A stretch of 64,000 nucleotides of DNA from the NCBI RefSeq assembly GCF_006345805.1, contig NC_043000.1, positions 123,690,001-123,754,000 of the forward strand, written 5' to 3'. The stretch comes from Octopus sinensis (Eukaryota). How positions within the stretch are numbered: position 1 is the first letter of the stretch; each line of letters begins with the position of its first letter. Shown here piece after piece: positions 37,724-50,609 of the stretch. The notes below the pieces were generated by a model. That model worked only from the letters and a program-made list of their open reading frames with translations. It was not told where the DNA came from and made no database searches. The translations under genes were made by a program, and so were the position numbers.

Positions 37724-40700
37724 GGCGCACACACTGTAGAGTAACTTGTAGTCTTGAACAGGACACAAGAAATTACCCAGCAAGAGAAGTTACTAGGGAC
37801 TAACAACTCATTGTTAGCTTGAGTACTACATATGGACTATTGTGGTTAGCTGGTATCTGAAACTGACTTGAGAAGAAATATGGTAACCACCAGGATAATA
37901 TATCCCTTTTAAACTCATTTTTTATATATATATATACTTTATTAATAAAACTGCAAAGACATCATAAAAACTGTAACTCAGAGTTTCATGTTCCTGTTCA
38001 TCAGACAGTTTTGGTTGAGCTGTCCAATGAATGGGAATGTCAAACTCTGAGTAACAGTTTTTGTGATGTCTTTGCAGCTTTATTAATAAAGCATATTACT
38101 CTACCTCTGGTATTTGAGTACTATTTTTTCCACCTTGTTTCACATCTATGTGGTTACTCTGGTATATATATATATATAAAGAGAGAGAGAGACTTACAGG
38201 TTTCCATACTTTCATCATCATCGTTTAATGTCCGTTTTCCGTGCTAGCACGGGTTGGACGGTTCGAAAGGGGTCTGGGAAGCCAGGAGGCTACACCAGTC
38301 TGATCTGGCAGTGTTTCTACAGCTGGATGCCCTTCCTAACGACAACCACTCCGTGAGTGTAGTGGGTGCTTTTTACGTGCCACCGGCACAGAAGCCAGTC
38401 AAGGCAGCACTGGCATCGGTCACGTTCGGATGGTGCTTTTTAACTAAATTCCTCAATTCACATACAAGTCAATTTGTTCAACTAAACCTTTCATGACAGT
38501 GCCCCAGCATGGCCACACTCCAGTGACTGAAACAAATGAAAGATAGGAAATATATTCCTAGAAGTCCTTTTTTCATTTTTTTTGGGGGGGGTATGTTTTC
38601 AAATCTTTCTACTTGACTATAATTATTTTTTTCTCTCATCAAGGAATTTATTCACCATACTGTTTTTAATATGTTCTTCATTCTTGATGAAAGAAACATT
38701 AGTTCTGTCTCATCAGTATTAAGGTTCACTATTTTGACATTTACCTTCAATCACAATAAACTGACTGGTTTGATATCTGCTGTGATTTACATTACAACTG
38801 ATTAACTGTTAGCGACTCAGCTGTACCTTTTGTGTATCTGTAGCGAGATCTTTGACAGGCTGACAAGAAAGAGAGCCATAACTTTAGATAAACTACTGTA
38901 ATCTGCAGCAGATGGAACCATAAATAAAGACCATCATTGAATTAGTTGACTCGATAGTAATATGGTAGGGGTTTGAGTTTTTTGCTTTTTGTTTTTTAAC
39001 ATCAGTGATATACAATGTTGGGGTGTTTCTAGTCTGAGTTATAGTATGTCAATAGGATATAATTATATGAAATTGAAGAGCCAGTGGTCATCAGAAGAAG
39101 ATTCGGATCTTTTTGGTTTGATTGGCAGTTTTTTCTAGCGGTGTCATATGAAATTGTCACCCATAATTATCACCCTAGTATCACTCTATTGCATTTCAAT
39201 CTGTTTTAGGGTTAGGGGTGGGGGGAAGGGTATCTTTTTTTTTTCAGAAATGTAAATAAACCCAATCTGTTTCTTAAACGAGGGACATATTCATACGACA
39301 CAATGTTTTCACCTCAATAGACGGTCATTGATTGGTTGAAATTGCAGAAATTGAAGAAAAAAACAACAAATATCTTACAAACTATAGAATGTTCTCAATA
39401 AAGCCAAGGGAAAAAGATGTTTTATAAACAAATTCTACCAGTATACGAAGTTTAAAATTTTTTAGTTACCTAGAAATTATGTTAAAAACTGCCGTTCAAA
39501 CCAAAAAGATCCGAAGATTCTAGATTAGTGGTTTTCAACTGGAGTCCATATGATCCTTGAGGGTCCATATAAGATTTTTGAGGGTCCATGCAAGCATGAT
39601 AGTAAATTGGGGATCCACAGTAGTATTTTAAAGGTCTGTAAAAAAAGTTTTGATTTACATGTATTTATTACAAGAAACAGCTCAGTTTCTTCCTCTAACA
39701 TTTTACATAGTTCAAAATATGCAAATGAATGCATGAAAAACAAAATAGGAATTTTGAAAGAAATATCTATAAAGCTAAATTTTAAACATCAAAATGGCTA
39801 TAAATAGTAATCAAGGGGGTCTCATCATCATCATCATCATCTTCGTTTAATGTTCGCTTTCCATGCTAGCATAGGTTGGACGATTTGACTGAGGACTGGT
39901 GAACCAGATGGCTGCACCAGGCCCCAATCTGATCTGGCAGAGTTTCTACAGCTGGCTGCCCTTCCTAATGCCAACCACTCTGAGAGTGTAGTGGGTGCTT
40001 TTAACGTGCCACCGGCACACTCGTTAAGCTGAGTAGAAAAAAGGAGTAATTTCATATGATGCAACCTGTCTTTTACTCTTTTACTTGTTTCAGTCATCTG
40101 ACTGTGGCCATGTTTAGTCAAGCAAATCAACCTCAGGACTTATTCTTTGTAAGCCTAGTACTTATTCTATCGGTCTCTTTTGCCAAACCGCTAAGTTACG
40201 GGGACGTAAACACACCACCATCGGTTGTCAGGCGAAGATTTTAATTGTTGTAATTCATTCTGAAAATAATGAAGAATTCAGTAAAATAACTAACATAATT
40301 AATTTTGTTGTATCTTGAGGGGAGGGTCATTATACCAATGATAAACACATGCACTGGTTCTATTTCACTTCTTTTATTATTATTTGTCGATTTGTTAATA
40401 TTTAACCAACTAACTAATTGATTGTTTGTTTAATCATTTTGTCAATGAATCAATCAGGTTTATGAAAGTCCTCTTGTCACCATCTCTGACTTCGTCAGTG
40501 ACATGCCCTCTCGACTCTAAGTCTGCTTCAGTAATGTCATTGCAACGTCTGTATAGTGTGGTTGTTTGTATGTTCACTTTTAGTAAAATATTTGTGGTTT
40601 GATTTCCACTCAAGAAAACTAAATAGACAGAGGGTAACCAAGTTAGTCTCTACTCCAGATCTAATTAAATGTCATAATTGAATTATGCCAATTATTATTG

Positions 40701-43700
40701 CCATAAATTAGCCTAAAATTTTGATGGAAGGTTTTAATTTTAATCATATTAAAACTGGAAGTTTGTATAATAGAACCAGAGGGCAGTCCTAGGAGGGTTT
40801 AGTGTCAAAAATGATAAATGAAGAAAATTTAGTTTGAGTATTTGTTGGCTGTCAAAGTTGATAATCCTCTCCAAAAACTGATTTCTTTAACAACATTTAT
40901 TCTCTATCTGTATTGATTCTTGTCTTCCTTTCAGAAAATCAGATTTGATACCATCTGATTTCTAAAAAGGAAGACAGGAATCTTCCTTTCTAGACTTGAG
41001 TATTTATTGAATAATAATTATTTTTATTTTGTTTCTCTTTTTCTTTTTGTTTCAGTTCTTTGAACAAAAGCCAGGATAGCACCGTGTGTAAGTAAATAAT
41101 TATTAATAATTATTATGTTGGTAGGAAAACAGCAAGCCAGAAAAATTATTGGCTTGCCAGACAAAACACTTATTGATATTTCTTCCTGCTCAGTTCAAAT
41201 TCTGCCGAGGTAAACTTTGCCTTTCATCCCTTTGGAGATCAATAAAATAGAGTATCAGTCAAGCCAATATCATCAATGTATCTCTTCTCAAAACTGTGGG
41301 CATTGACCCTGCAATGGACTAGTGTCCCATTTGGGAGGTATTTTGTGATCCTGACCGCTTATATGCACCATGGAAACCAGGCAACAGGTGTTATGAGTAG
41401 GGTCTAGGGTAAATGGTGCCCAGGGCCAGCATCAAAACTGCACCTCCACCCTCAACCAAAAAGTGGAAACTCGCATAAAAATGGCTTAATTAGAAAATGA
41501 TCTTGGCCAAAATTGCACCCCACCCTTTCAAAGTGATGCCCAGGGCATGTGCTCTGCTTTCCCCACCATAGCTGCTTATGAGTCCTGGTGCTCAAGAAAG
41601 AAAAATCAAAAACATCAGGTTGGTAGGGAAAGGTTGAAGTGATGAATATGTGATGGTGTAAGGAGAGGAGTGAATGAACAAACATGCAAGAGTTTAGCCC
41701 AAGTCAGCTCTGATTAAGAGAGATACAATAAAAAGCATTTCACATGTAACCATTCTCTTTTTTCTTTTTTTTTTTTTTTTTCCAAGGCAGCATTGTCTAG
41801 GATTACATTATACAAAACTATTGAAAAGGTTGCAAGACGCAATGAAAATTTTAGGAAAATAAGATAAGAAAAAAAGTGGAAATTTTTAATGGTGTGTGTG
41901 TTAAATTATAAGGCACCAAAAGAAAATGACTCTCCCCAGATACAACAGAATATGCTTCAACACACGAACTCATATAAAGAATCTTGCAAACCAAATCCAA
42001 AAACGAAATACATTATACAAAATTTCCTTTTTTTAAGAGAGAAGGCTGGGATTCAAAAATATTTGTCTGTTATTCCTAGCAAATCAAGTGATTAAACAGT
42101 TCCTTTTTCATTGAGAATGGTGTCTGAATATGTGAGAGGGTTTTTTTTCTTTTTCCACATCTTCTCTTTCTCTCTCTCTCTCTCTCTCTCGCATCCCCCC
42201 CCTGACAACTCTATCAGTCTCTTCTTTCTAATTTCACCTCTTTCATCTGCTTTTCTTTTTCCCTTTCTATTAAAACTGTTTCTGCATCAATACTACACAA
42301 TTATTTTTATATAACAACAATAATAATAACTAGCAGGACCCATGAGTATTTCACAGAATTAACGGTAAACCTATTGGTACATCTGAAAGCGTAGCCTGTG
42401 TTGTGTCTGTATGGAAAGATAGTCGCTCATCTACTATTCATTGAAAAGTGAAAGAAATTGGAATACGATGATTACTTAATACACTTTATATACTTTATAC
42501 ACAATTCTATAGACTTAAAACACAGCAGTCATAAAATAAATATTCACTTTTATTTCTCCATTTTTCTCATAAACAAAAAAAAAGTATCCCGTACATATAG
42601 GTGCAGGAGTGGCTGTGTGGTAAGTAGCTTGCTTTACCAACCACATGGTTCCGGGTTCAGTCCCACTGCATGACACCTTGGGCAAGTGTTTTCTGCTATA
42701 GCCTCGGGCTGACCAAAGCCTTGTGAGTGGATTTGGTAGACGGAAACTTAAAGAAGCCCACCAGATATATATATATATATGTTTGTGTGTGTGTCTGTGT
42801 TTGTCCCCCCCCTCCGCCCACCATTGCTTGACAACCGATGTTGGCATGTCTACATCCCCGTAACTTAGAGGTTCAGCAAAAGAGACCGACAGAATAAGTA
42901 CTAGGATTACAAAGAATAAGTCCTGGGGTTGATTTGGTCGACTAAAAACTGGTGCCCCAGAATGGCTGCAGTCAAATGACTGAAACAAATAAAAGAATAT
43001 AATACAACCTTTAGTTAAATTTCTTATATCTTTCACATAAATAAGTGTGAATATTTCACAGAATTGCACTAATGTGTTAAGTGATAGGTGATATAAAAAA
43101 CTTAGTTCAATTAAAAAGAAATACACTTTTCACTCTCCAATCACCACCTCCTCCTCCACCACCACCATCATCATCTCCCTCCCCTCTCTCTCTCTCTATC
43201 TCTCTCTCCGCTCTCCCCCTCTTTCTCTCTGTCTCTCTCCCATCTCTCTCTGCCTTTTTTTAACCTGACCATCAGAACATCACCCCTCTGCTAAAATTAT
43301 ACTTATTTAATCAACCCCGAAAGGATGAAAAGCAAAGTCGACCTCGGCAGAATTTGAACTCAGGACATAACAGCAGACAAAATACCGCTAGGCATTTCAC
43401 CCAATGTGCTAACGTTTCTTATTTCTTTACTGCCCACAAGGGGCTACACACAGAGGGGACAAACAAGGACAGACAAACGGATTAAGTCGATTATATCGAC
43501 CCCAGTGTGTAACTGGTACTTATTTAATCAACCCTGAAAGGATGAAAGGCAAAGTCAACCTCGGTGGAATTTGAACTCAGGACATAACAGCAGACAAAAT
43601 ACCACAAGGCATTTCACCCAGTGTGCTAACATTTCTACCAATTCGCTGCCTAAGTAAAATTGTTGTCATCAATACATGTGCCGGTGCCAGATAAAATGCA

Positions 43701-46700
43701 CTCATGCCGGCGCTGCATGAGCACACCCACAATGGTGGCCTGTAAAAAGCATCCAGCCATAGAAACTATGCCACAACAGACAATTGAAGCCTGGCCAGCT
43801 CCTGCCAAACCGTCCAGCCCATGCCAGCATGGAAAACGGACATTAAACAATGATGATGATCTATTACATGTTTGCATGTTGATTTCAGTAGTTTTAATTT
43901 CTTTTTCTTTTTTTTTTTCTCAGATAACCATTGTCATCGTATATCAATAAGCAAGACTGACACAGCAAAAACCAAGAAAACGCTTATTATAGCCAGCTGT
44001 CTATGTCTTTTCTTCATGATTATTGAAATTATTGGTAAGTAACTTTGGAATTTTATTGTTTAGTATCTTCTGGTTTAAAAAATATGAAGATAAGCCCTTA
44101 AATTTCTTGTGTTAGACTCTCCTTTAATTGTTTCAGTCATTGGACTTCGAACTAGTCGGGGCGGGACGACGTTTGGCGTTAGGAAGGGCATCCAGCCGTA
44201 GAAACACTGCCAGATCTGACTAGGCCTTCCGGCTTCACAGACCCCAGTTGAACCGTCCAACCCATGCTAGCATGGAAAACGGACGCTAAACGATGATGAT
44301 TGGACTGTGACTATGCTGGGACACTGCTTTGAAGGGTTTTGGTCAAACAAATTGACCTCAATACTTAGTTTTCTGAAATCTGGTATTTATTTTATCAGTC
44401 TCTTTTGCTAAACATCTAAGTTGTGGGAATGTAAACAAACTAATACCTGTTGCCAAGCTATGTGAAAGGGATGCACACACACGTGTGTGTGTGTGTGTGT
44501 GTGTGTGTATACCATAAATTTATAATCTGGAATCAACTTGTTTAACAATATGCCATAAAACCCTCATAATCAAGAGAATTTTCTAAGTAACCGTGTACCA
44601 TAAATCGAGAGGGATTCACCTGGTTAAAAGCGTATCATATATTTATGGTCAGTGTATTTCCTATTTAAATAAACTTGTATAAACAATTTTAACAACAACA
44701 ACAGCAGCATCAATGACAACATTTGCAGCTACAACCCCTCCCCCATCGCCAATGACCTCCTTATCAACAATTGATACACTTTTACTCTCACTATATTTTT
44801 CTTCTCCTTACTAAACTTTTTATCATTATTATTGCTGTTATTGTTATTCATATTATTAATACCATTATTGCTATTGTTATTCAAATTTATTTTCCTTTTA
44901 TATGGTGCAGAGGGTTTCCTTTCCTTGTTTTTTCTTCCTTTTTTTTTTTTGTATATGTTCGTGTAGCTTAGTGGTTAGGGTGCCAGCACCATGATCGTAA
45001 GATTGTGGTTTCAATTCCTGGACTGGGCTACGTGTTGTGTTCTTGAGCAAAACACTTCATTTCACGTTGCTCCAGTTCACTCAGCTGGCAAAAATGAGTA
45101 ACGCTGCGATGGACTGGCGTCTCGTCCAACTGGGGAACACATATGCCACTGAAACCAGGAAACTGGGCCCATGAGCCTGGCTAGGCTTTAAAAGGGCGCA
45201 GTGGAGGCATGTGGCTTAGTGGTTAGGGTGTCAGCATCATGATCGTAAGATTGTGGTTTCGATTCCTGGACTGGGCGACACGTTGTGTTCTTGAGCAAAA
45301 CACTTCATTTCACGTTGCTCCAGTCCACTCAGCTGGCAAAAATGAGTAATGCTGCAATAGACTGGCGTCACGTCCAGCTGGGGAACACATTTGCCATAGA
45401 AACCGGGAAACCGGGCCCATGAGCCTGGCTAGGCTTTAAAAGGGTGCATTTATTTTATTTATATGTTAAACATACCACACTGCCCAGTTAGACACCACCA
45501 TCTGGCCCAGAGATATCTTTAGCAGAGTTTGCTTCTTTGTTTCCTTTTTTCTTTTTTTCTTTTTCACCTGAACAGCTACAGTGTAGTTGTGAGGGAGCCA
45601 CTAAGTGGGTTTGAGACATTGATTTTTTGCTGTGTATGGGATGTGAAGAGACAGGCCTAAAAGGAGAGACTCAGTCACCTGTGTAGCTGTTTCTCATTGG
45701 TCAGGAGTGAACCACATTTTCTGCCAAGAATAACTGACATAGAACCGGTGAAGTTCTGACCAGTCAGCTGACTTACAGTGCCAAGAGAAAACCAAAGTGT
45801 TTTCCTTGTGGCTGCATTGCTGTTCAGGAATAAATAAATGAATTAAGCTTACAACACCTGGAAATTTTCACTCACTTTCAAAAACTGGGCAGTACCCAGC
45901 AGCACAATTCTTCCAAGGCTACTCTCCAGACTTTTTCATGTATCACACAGCTTTCAAGCTTTCCCACTTTCCAACCTACAGCTGGTCCTTCTGGCCTGTT
46001 ACCAAAAATACCTCCACTAAATTTGTGGAATCCTCTCTTTCTGTCTTCTCATCAACAATAGCTCAGTGGGTTGTACTCCTATGGAAAAAAAAAAAAAGAT
46101 TCCGCCTCTTCTGCCCATTTTCCATACACCTCCTCATTGCATATGTTTGGCCTATCTCCTGATGAGACATTGACTCCAGCATTTGGAGATGTAATACAGC
46201 AGCATCACCAACACATGAGTTGTCATCATCATCATCATTTAACATCTGTTTTCCATGCTAGCATGGGTTGGACGGTTTGAACAGGGTCTGGGAAGCCAGG
46301 AGGCTGCACAAGACTCCAGTCTGTATTTCTACAGCTGGATGCCCTTCCTAATGCCTACCACTCCATGAGTGTAGTGGGTGTGTTTAACGTGCCACCGGCA
46401 CAGGTGCCAGGGGAGGCTAGCAACAGCCACGATGGGTTGGTGCTTCCAGTCAAGCCAGGAAGTGTTTATCATAAATATAATCTCTAGATCTGGAACCAGA
46501 AAATGGAGATGAGATCCAAGTCCTGGTAAACAGCTACTTGTACTGTAAATTTCTCTCAGAACTTATCTCCAAATCTAATCTTACTATGGATGTTGTTGTA
46601 CATTAATGAAACATTCATCTATGCTTAGGTACTTTAAAACTAAAGAGAAAAGACTAAAGACTTCTTCCTGATTAATAAGCACAAGACAGTGATTTCTTAA

Positions 46701-49700
46701 ATGTGCAATATGGCATTTGTGATTCCATGACCTGATCAAATCTAAAGTACATCTTATTCAACTTAAATTTTTTTTTCACATGAATTAATTGCTCCAGTGA
46801 CAGCATTTGCATAGAAAAATAACAATAAAGTGAGTCTTAATATATTTAATACAGATAACATAAAACTATCTGATTAAAAATAATAATGCAGTGAGTAAAA
46901 GACACCCAATGATTAATATTTTCATAATTTTTGTAAGAGCAGGAGACAATTCTGGATATGTTTCAGTCTTATTAGACCACGTCAGCAAAGTATGATTTCA
47001 CTATGTTTATTGAAGTAATAATGGAAGAATTTCTGTACGGTATTGTAGGTGTGAAAATTTAACATTATTTTGTGAAATAAAATATGTTAACCCTATCTTG
47101 AAGCTAACTCTATCTCAAAATAACCTTTCTGAAACATTGATAGATCATATCCTGAAGGTGATGGAGAATTTGAAATAACTGCAATAGCCCCACTCCTTTG
47201 TATTTATTTCTCCTTTTTGTAGCCATTGACAACAGTAAAGCTCTTATACCGGTTATTGACAATAACACTTCATTGTTACAATACCTAATTAACAAACTCA
47301 CTAATTAGAACATGACTTGCATAACTTGTTGCTTTCAACAACCATTGAAGACCAGAAAGAAATGAATGAAGTAGAATATATGCACCCACCTGTTTATTTC
47401 TTTCTATTATTTCTATTTATTTAATTTATTCAATCTAAATTTGTCATTTAACATCTAGTCTTGCTGAATGTTGCCATTCACGATAAGTTTCTTCACAAAT
47501 ACTTCTAAGTAATGTGTTTTTACCTTTGCCTTTTTTACTTGCTTCGGTCTTTGGCCTTAACCCTTTCATTACCAACCCGGCTGAAACCAGCTCTGGTTCT
47601 GTAGTACAAGTGTCTTGTTTCCATAAGTTTTGAATTAAAATCTTCCACCAAACCTTAGTCACAATTTATGTTCCTAACACTAGCTGAATGATAACTTAGT
47701 TATTTTACTAAATTCTTTGTTATATTTAAACTAATTGAAAGAAACACAGAGCATCTCAAAATAAATACAGTAATGAAAGGGTTAAAGGGTTTCAGCCAAA
47801 CCAATTGACTCCTGTACATCTTTTGTCTTAAGTCTGGTACTTATTGTGCTAATCATTTGCCAGACTACTAAGATACAAGGTTGTAAACAAACAAACACCA
47901 GTTGTCAAGAAGTATAGGGCATCAAGCACAGGTGCGATCTTAGACACACACACAAACACAAACACATACATGTAAGACAGGCTTCCTCGCCGTTTCTGTT
48001 CACCAAATTCATTCTCAAGGTTCTCAAGGCATTGGTTGGACTGGGGCTACAGTAGGAGATGCTTACCCAAGGTGCTGCACAGTGGAACTGGCCTAAAACC
48101 ACATGGTTGCAAAGCGAGCTTCTTAACCACATTTTAAAAGTATTTCAGTCAAGTTTAAAAGTCTTAATGTATCACCACACCTGAATATACAATTTTCTGT
48201 TCAGTAACAAATCTTAATAATTTCCTTTTTTTTTTGTTGTTGTTGTTGCAATTTTCAACTTGCAGCAACAGAGAAACAATATGACAGGATAAAACCAATT
48301 TCCTTATCATACAGAGATTTTTAATAACTCTGTCACAGTGGTATATAATTTCATAAATATTAGTAAAACTAGAATATTAGCAAATACAGTTCAAACACAA
48401 CACAAAAGACACAAAAGCAAGTATAAATATGTTTCGTGGTGCAGCTGACAGCTCTGCTCAATTTCCTTTAGCTGTCATTTCGTTTTGTAAAGGCTTGGCT
48501 ATCAAGAGGTTTCCAATGAAAAATTGATGTCATGGTGGATCATAAGGATACTGTTGATGATAACGATGATGATGATGATGATGATTCCTATTATTCTAAA
48601 CAAAACTTTATTTGCACAGCCATTTCAAAATGACAAAGAAAGTGACAAAGAAATATAAAAAAAAAATTCCTTGCCATGTGCTGTGATAAAATATTATGTA
48701 TCTTCATCAGGATTCGTTTGGTTTAGTTTGAGTGTGGAAATTTTAGCTCATGATGATGACAATGATGATGTTGATTAAAAATTTTTTTTTTTCTTAATAT
48801 TGAATTCAACTTGTGGACAGAGATGCGGTCAAGGCAAGTTGGCAGAGTCGGTACAGCATCAGGTGAAATACCTAGTGATGTGTGTTGAAGCTCACTATAC
48901 TCTGAGTTCAAATTCTATGAAGGTCAATTTTATCTTTCATCTTTTGGGGGTTGATAAAAAAAAACATTCTTTTGGTGCAGGCACTTGTCTGGAAATATTC
49001 TACTCAACCGTGTGCTGGAGCAGCTGTGTGGTAAGGAGTTTGCTTCCCAATCCCATGGTTTTGAGTTCAATCCCACCACGTCACCTTGGGCAAGTGTCTT
49101 CTACTGTAGCCCTAGGCTATCCAAAACCTTGGAAGTGGATTTGGTAGGTGGAAATTGAACCAAGCATTTTGTGTGTGTGTATGCATATATATGTGTGTGT
49201 TTGTATGCACGTGTGTGTGTGTGTGTGTGTGTGTGTTTGTATGCATATATCTGCGTGTGTTTGTATGCATATATATGTGTGTGTTTGCATGCATATATGT
49301 GTGTGTGTATGCATGTGTGTGTGTGTGTGTGTATATACATGTGTGTATACATATATATGTGTGTATGTATACATATGTGTGTTTATACATGTATGTGTGT
49401 TTATACGTGTCTGTGTTCATACATGTGTGTGTGTGTGTTACTGCCTCCCAATCTTGACATTGTCTGACAGTTGTAAATTAGTGTCAGGATCATATAAACG
49501 GTGTCCTTCATTTCCAGTCTTTTATAAAAGCAAGTCTGGTCATGGGGGAAATGTTACCTTACATGGAAACAAGTGAGGGTTTGTGACAGGAAGGGCATCC
49601 AGCCATAGGAAATCCACCTCAACAATTTCCATCTGACCTATTCAAGCATGGAAAAGTGGACATTAAAGTACTGATAATGTGTGCATTGGCAAAACGACTC

Positions 49701-50568
49701 AACTTAGAATAAGTTAATCATCATCATCGTTTAATGTCTGCCTTCCATGCTAGCATGGGTTGGACGATTTTGACTGAGGGCTGGCGAACCAGATGGCTGC
49801 ACCAGGCTCCAATCTTGATCTGGCAGAGTTTCTACAGCTGGATGCCCTTCCTAATGCCAACCACTCTGAGAGTGTAGTGGGTGCTTTTTATGTGCCACCA
49901 GCACGGGGGCCAGTCAGGCAGTACTGGCAATGACCTCGCTCGAATCTTTTTACACATGCCACCGGCACAGGTGTCAATGAAGCAACGTTGGTAACGATCA
50001 CGCTCGAATGGTACCCTTTTACATGCCACAGCATGGGGACCAGTCAGGCGGTACTGGCAATGACCTCGCTCGAATCTTTTTACACATGTCACCGGCACAG
50101 GTGTCAGTGAAGCGACGTCGGTAACGATCACGCCCGAATGATGCCTTTTTAGGTGCTACGGGCACGGAAGCCAGTTGGTTGCTCAATCAACGATCATGCT
50201 CGGACAGTGCTCAGGCAACGATCATGCTCGGACAGTGCTCTTGGCACCCTACTAGCACAGGCATAAGTGCCAGTAAGGCGACGCTGGTAACGATCATACT
50301 CAAAAGTTGAATATACAATATTGAACAATGGGGGAAAAAAATATTAAAATGTTTAAAACACTGAAATATAGTGGATAAATATTACAAAGTATTTTACAAT
50401 CATCAAAAACAACATTCGGAACATTTCAGAAAGGTGACTAAGAGATAATGAAGAAATTAGTACTTAAAAATAGATTAGCCACATTTATGCTTCGTAGTTA
50501 CAAGGCCAAGATTATTTCTACTAGGTTCTATATAAGTTCAATTAGTTATCTCTTTTGCTTGTCACCAC

Positions 50569-50609
<41 letters not shown>

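Noticed and set aside
38844-38964. Possible alternative first exon ending ATG|GTAGGG
   Set aside because: Phase 0 does not fit the 41056 exon (needs phase 2) or the 43924 exon (needs phase 1); the phase-2 frame has a stop with no later ATG.
40470-40510. CTGACGA on the minus strand with an AGTC/GACT pairing
   Set aside because: No GAAA at the required position and no stem I/III; not a hammerhead.
45480-46200. Repeat-poor GC-moderate stretch, possible old retroelement
   Set aside because: No frame gave a recognisable protein motif and no termini were found; left uncalled.
46488-46525. AG...GT-bounded 38-nt candidate exon
   Set aside because: It lies between two exons that already join correctly (IIG|GYL), is not a multiple of 3, and has a weak acceptor.
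47223-47310. Strong-looking acceptor (tcctttttgtag) in the intron after the TM1 exon
   Set aside because: No good donor before an in-frame stop, and inclusion would interrupt the conserved TM1-TM2 junction.
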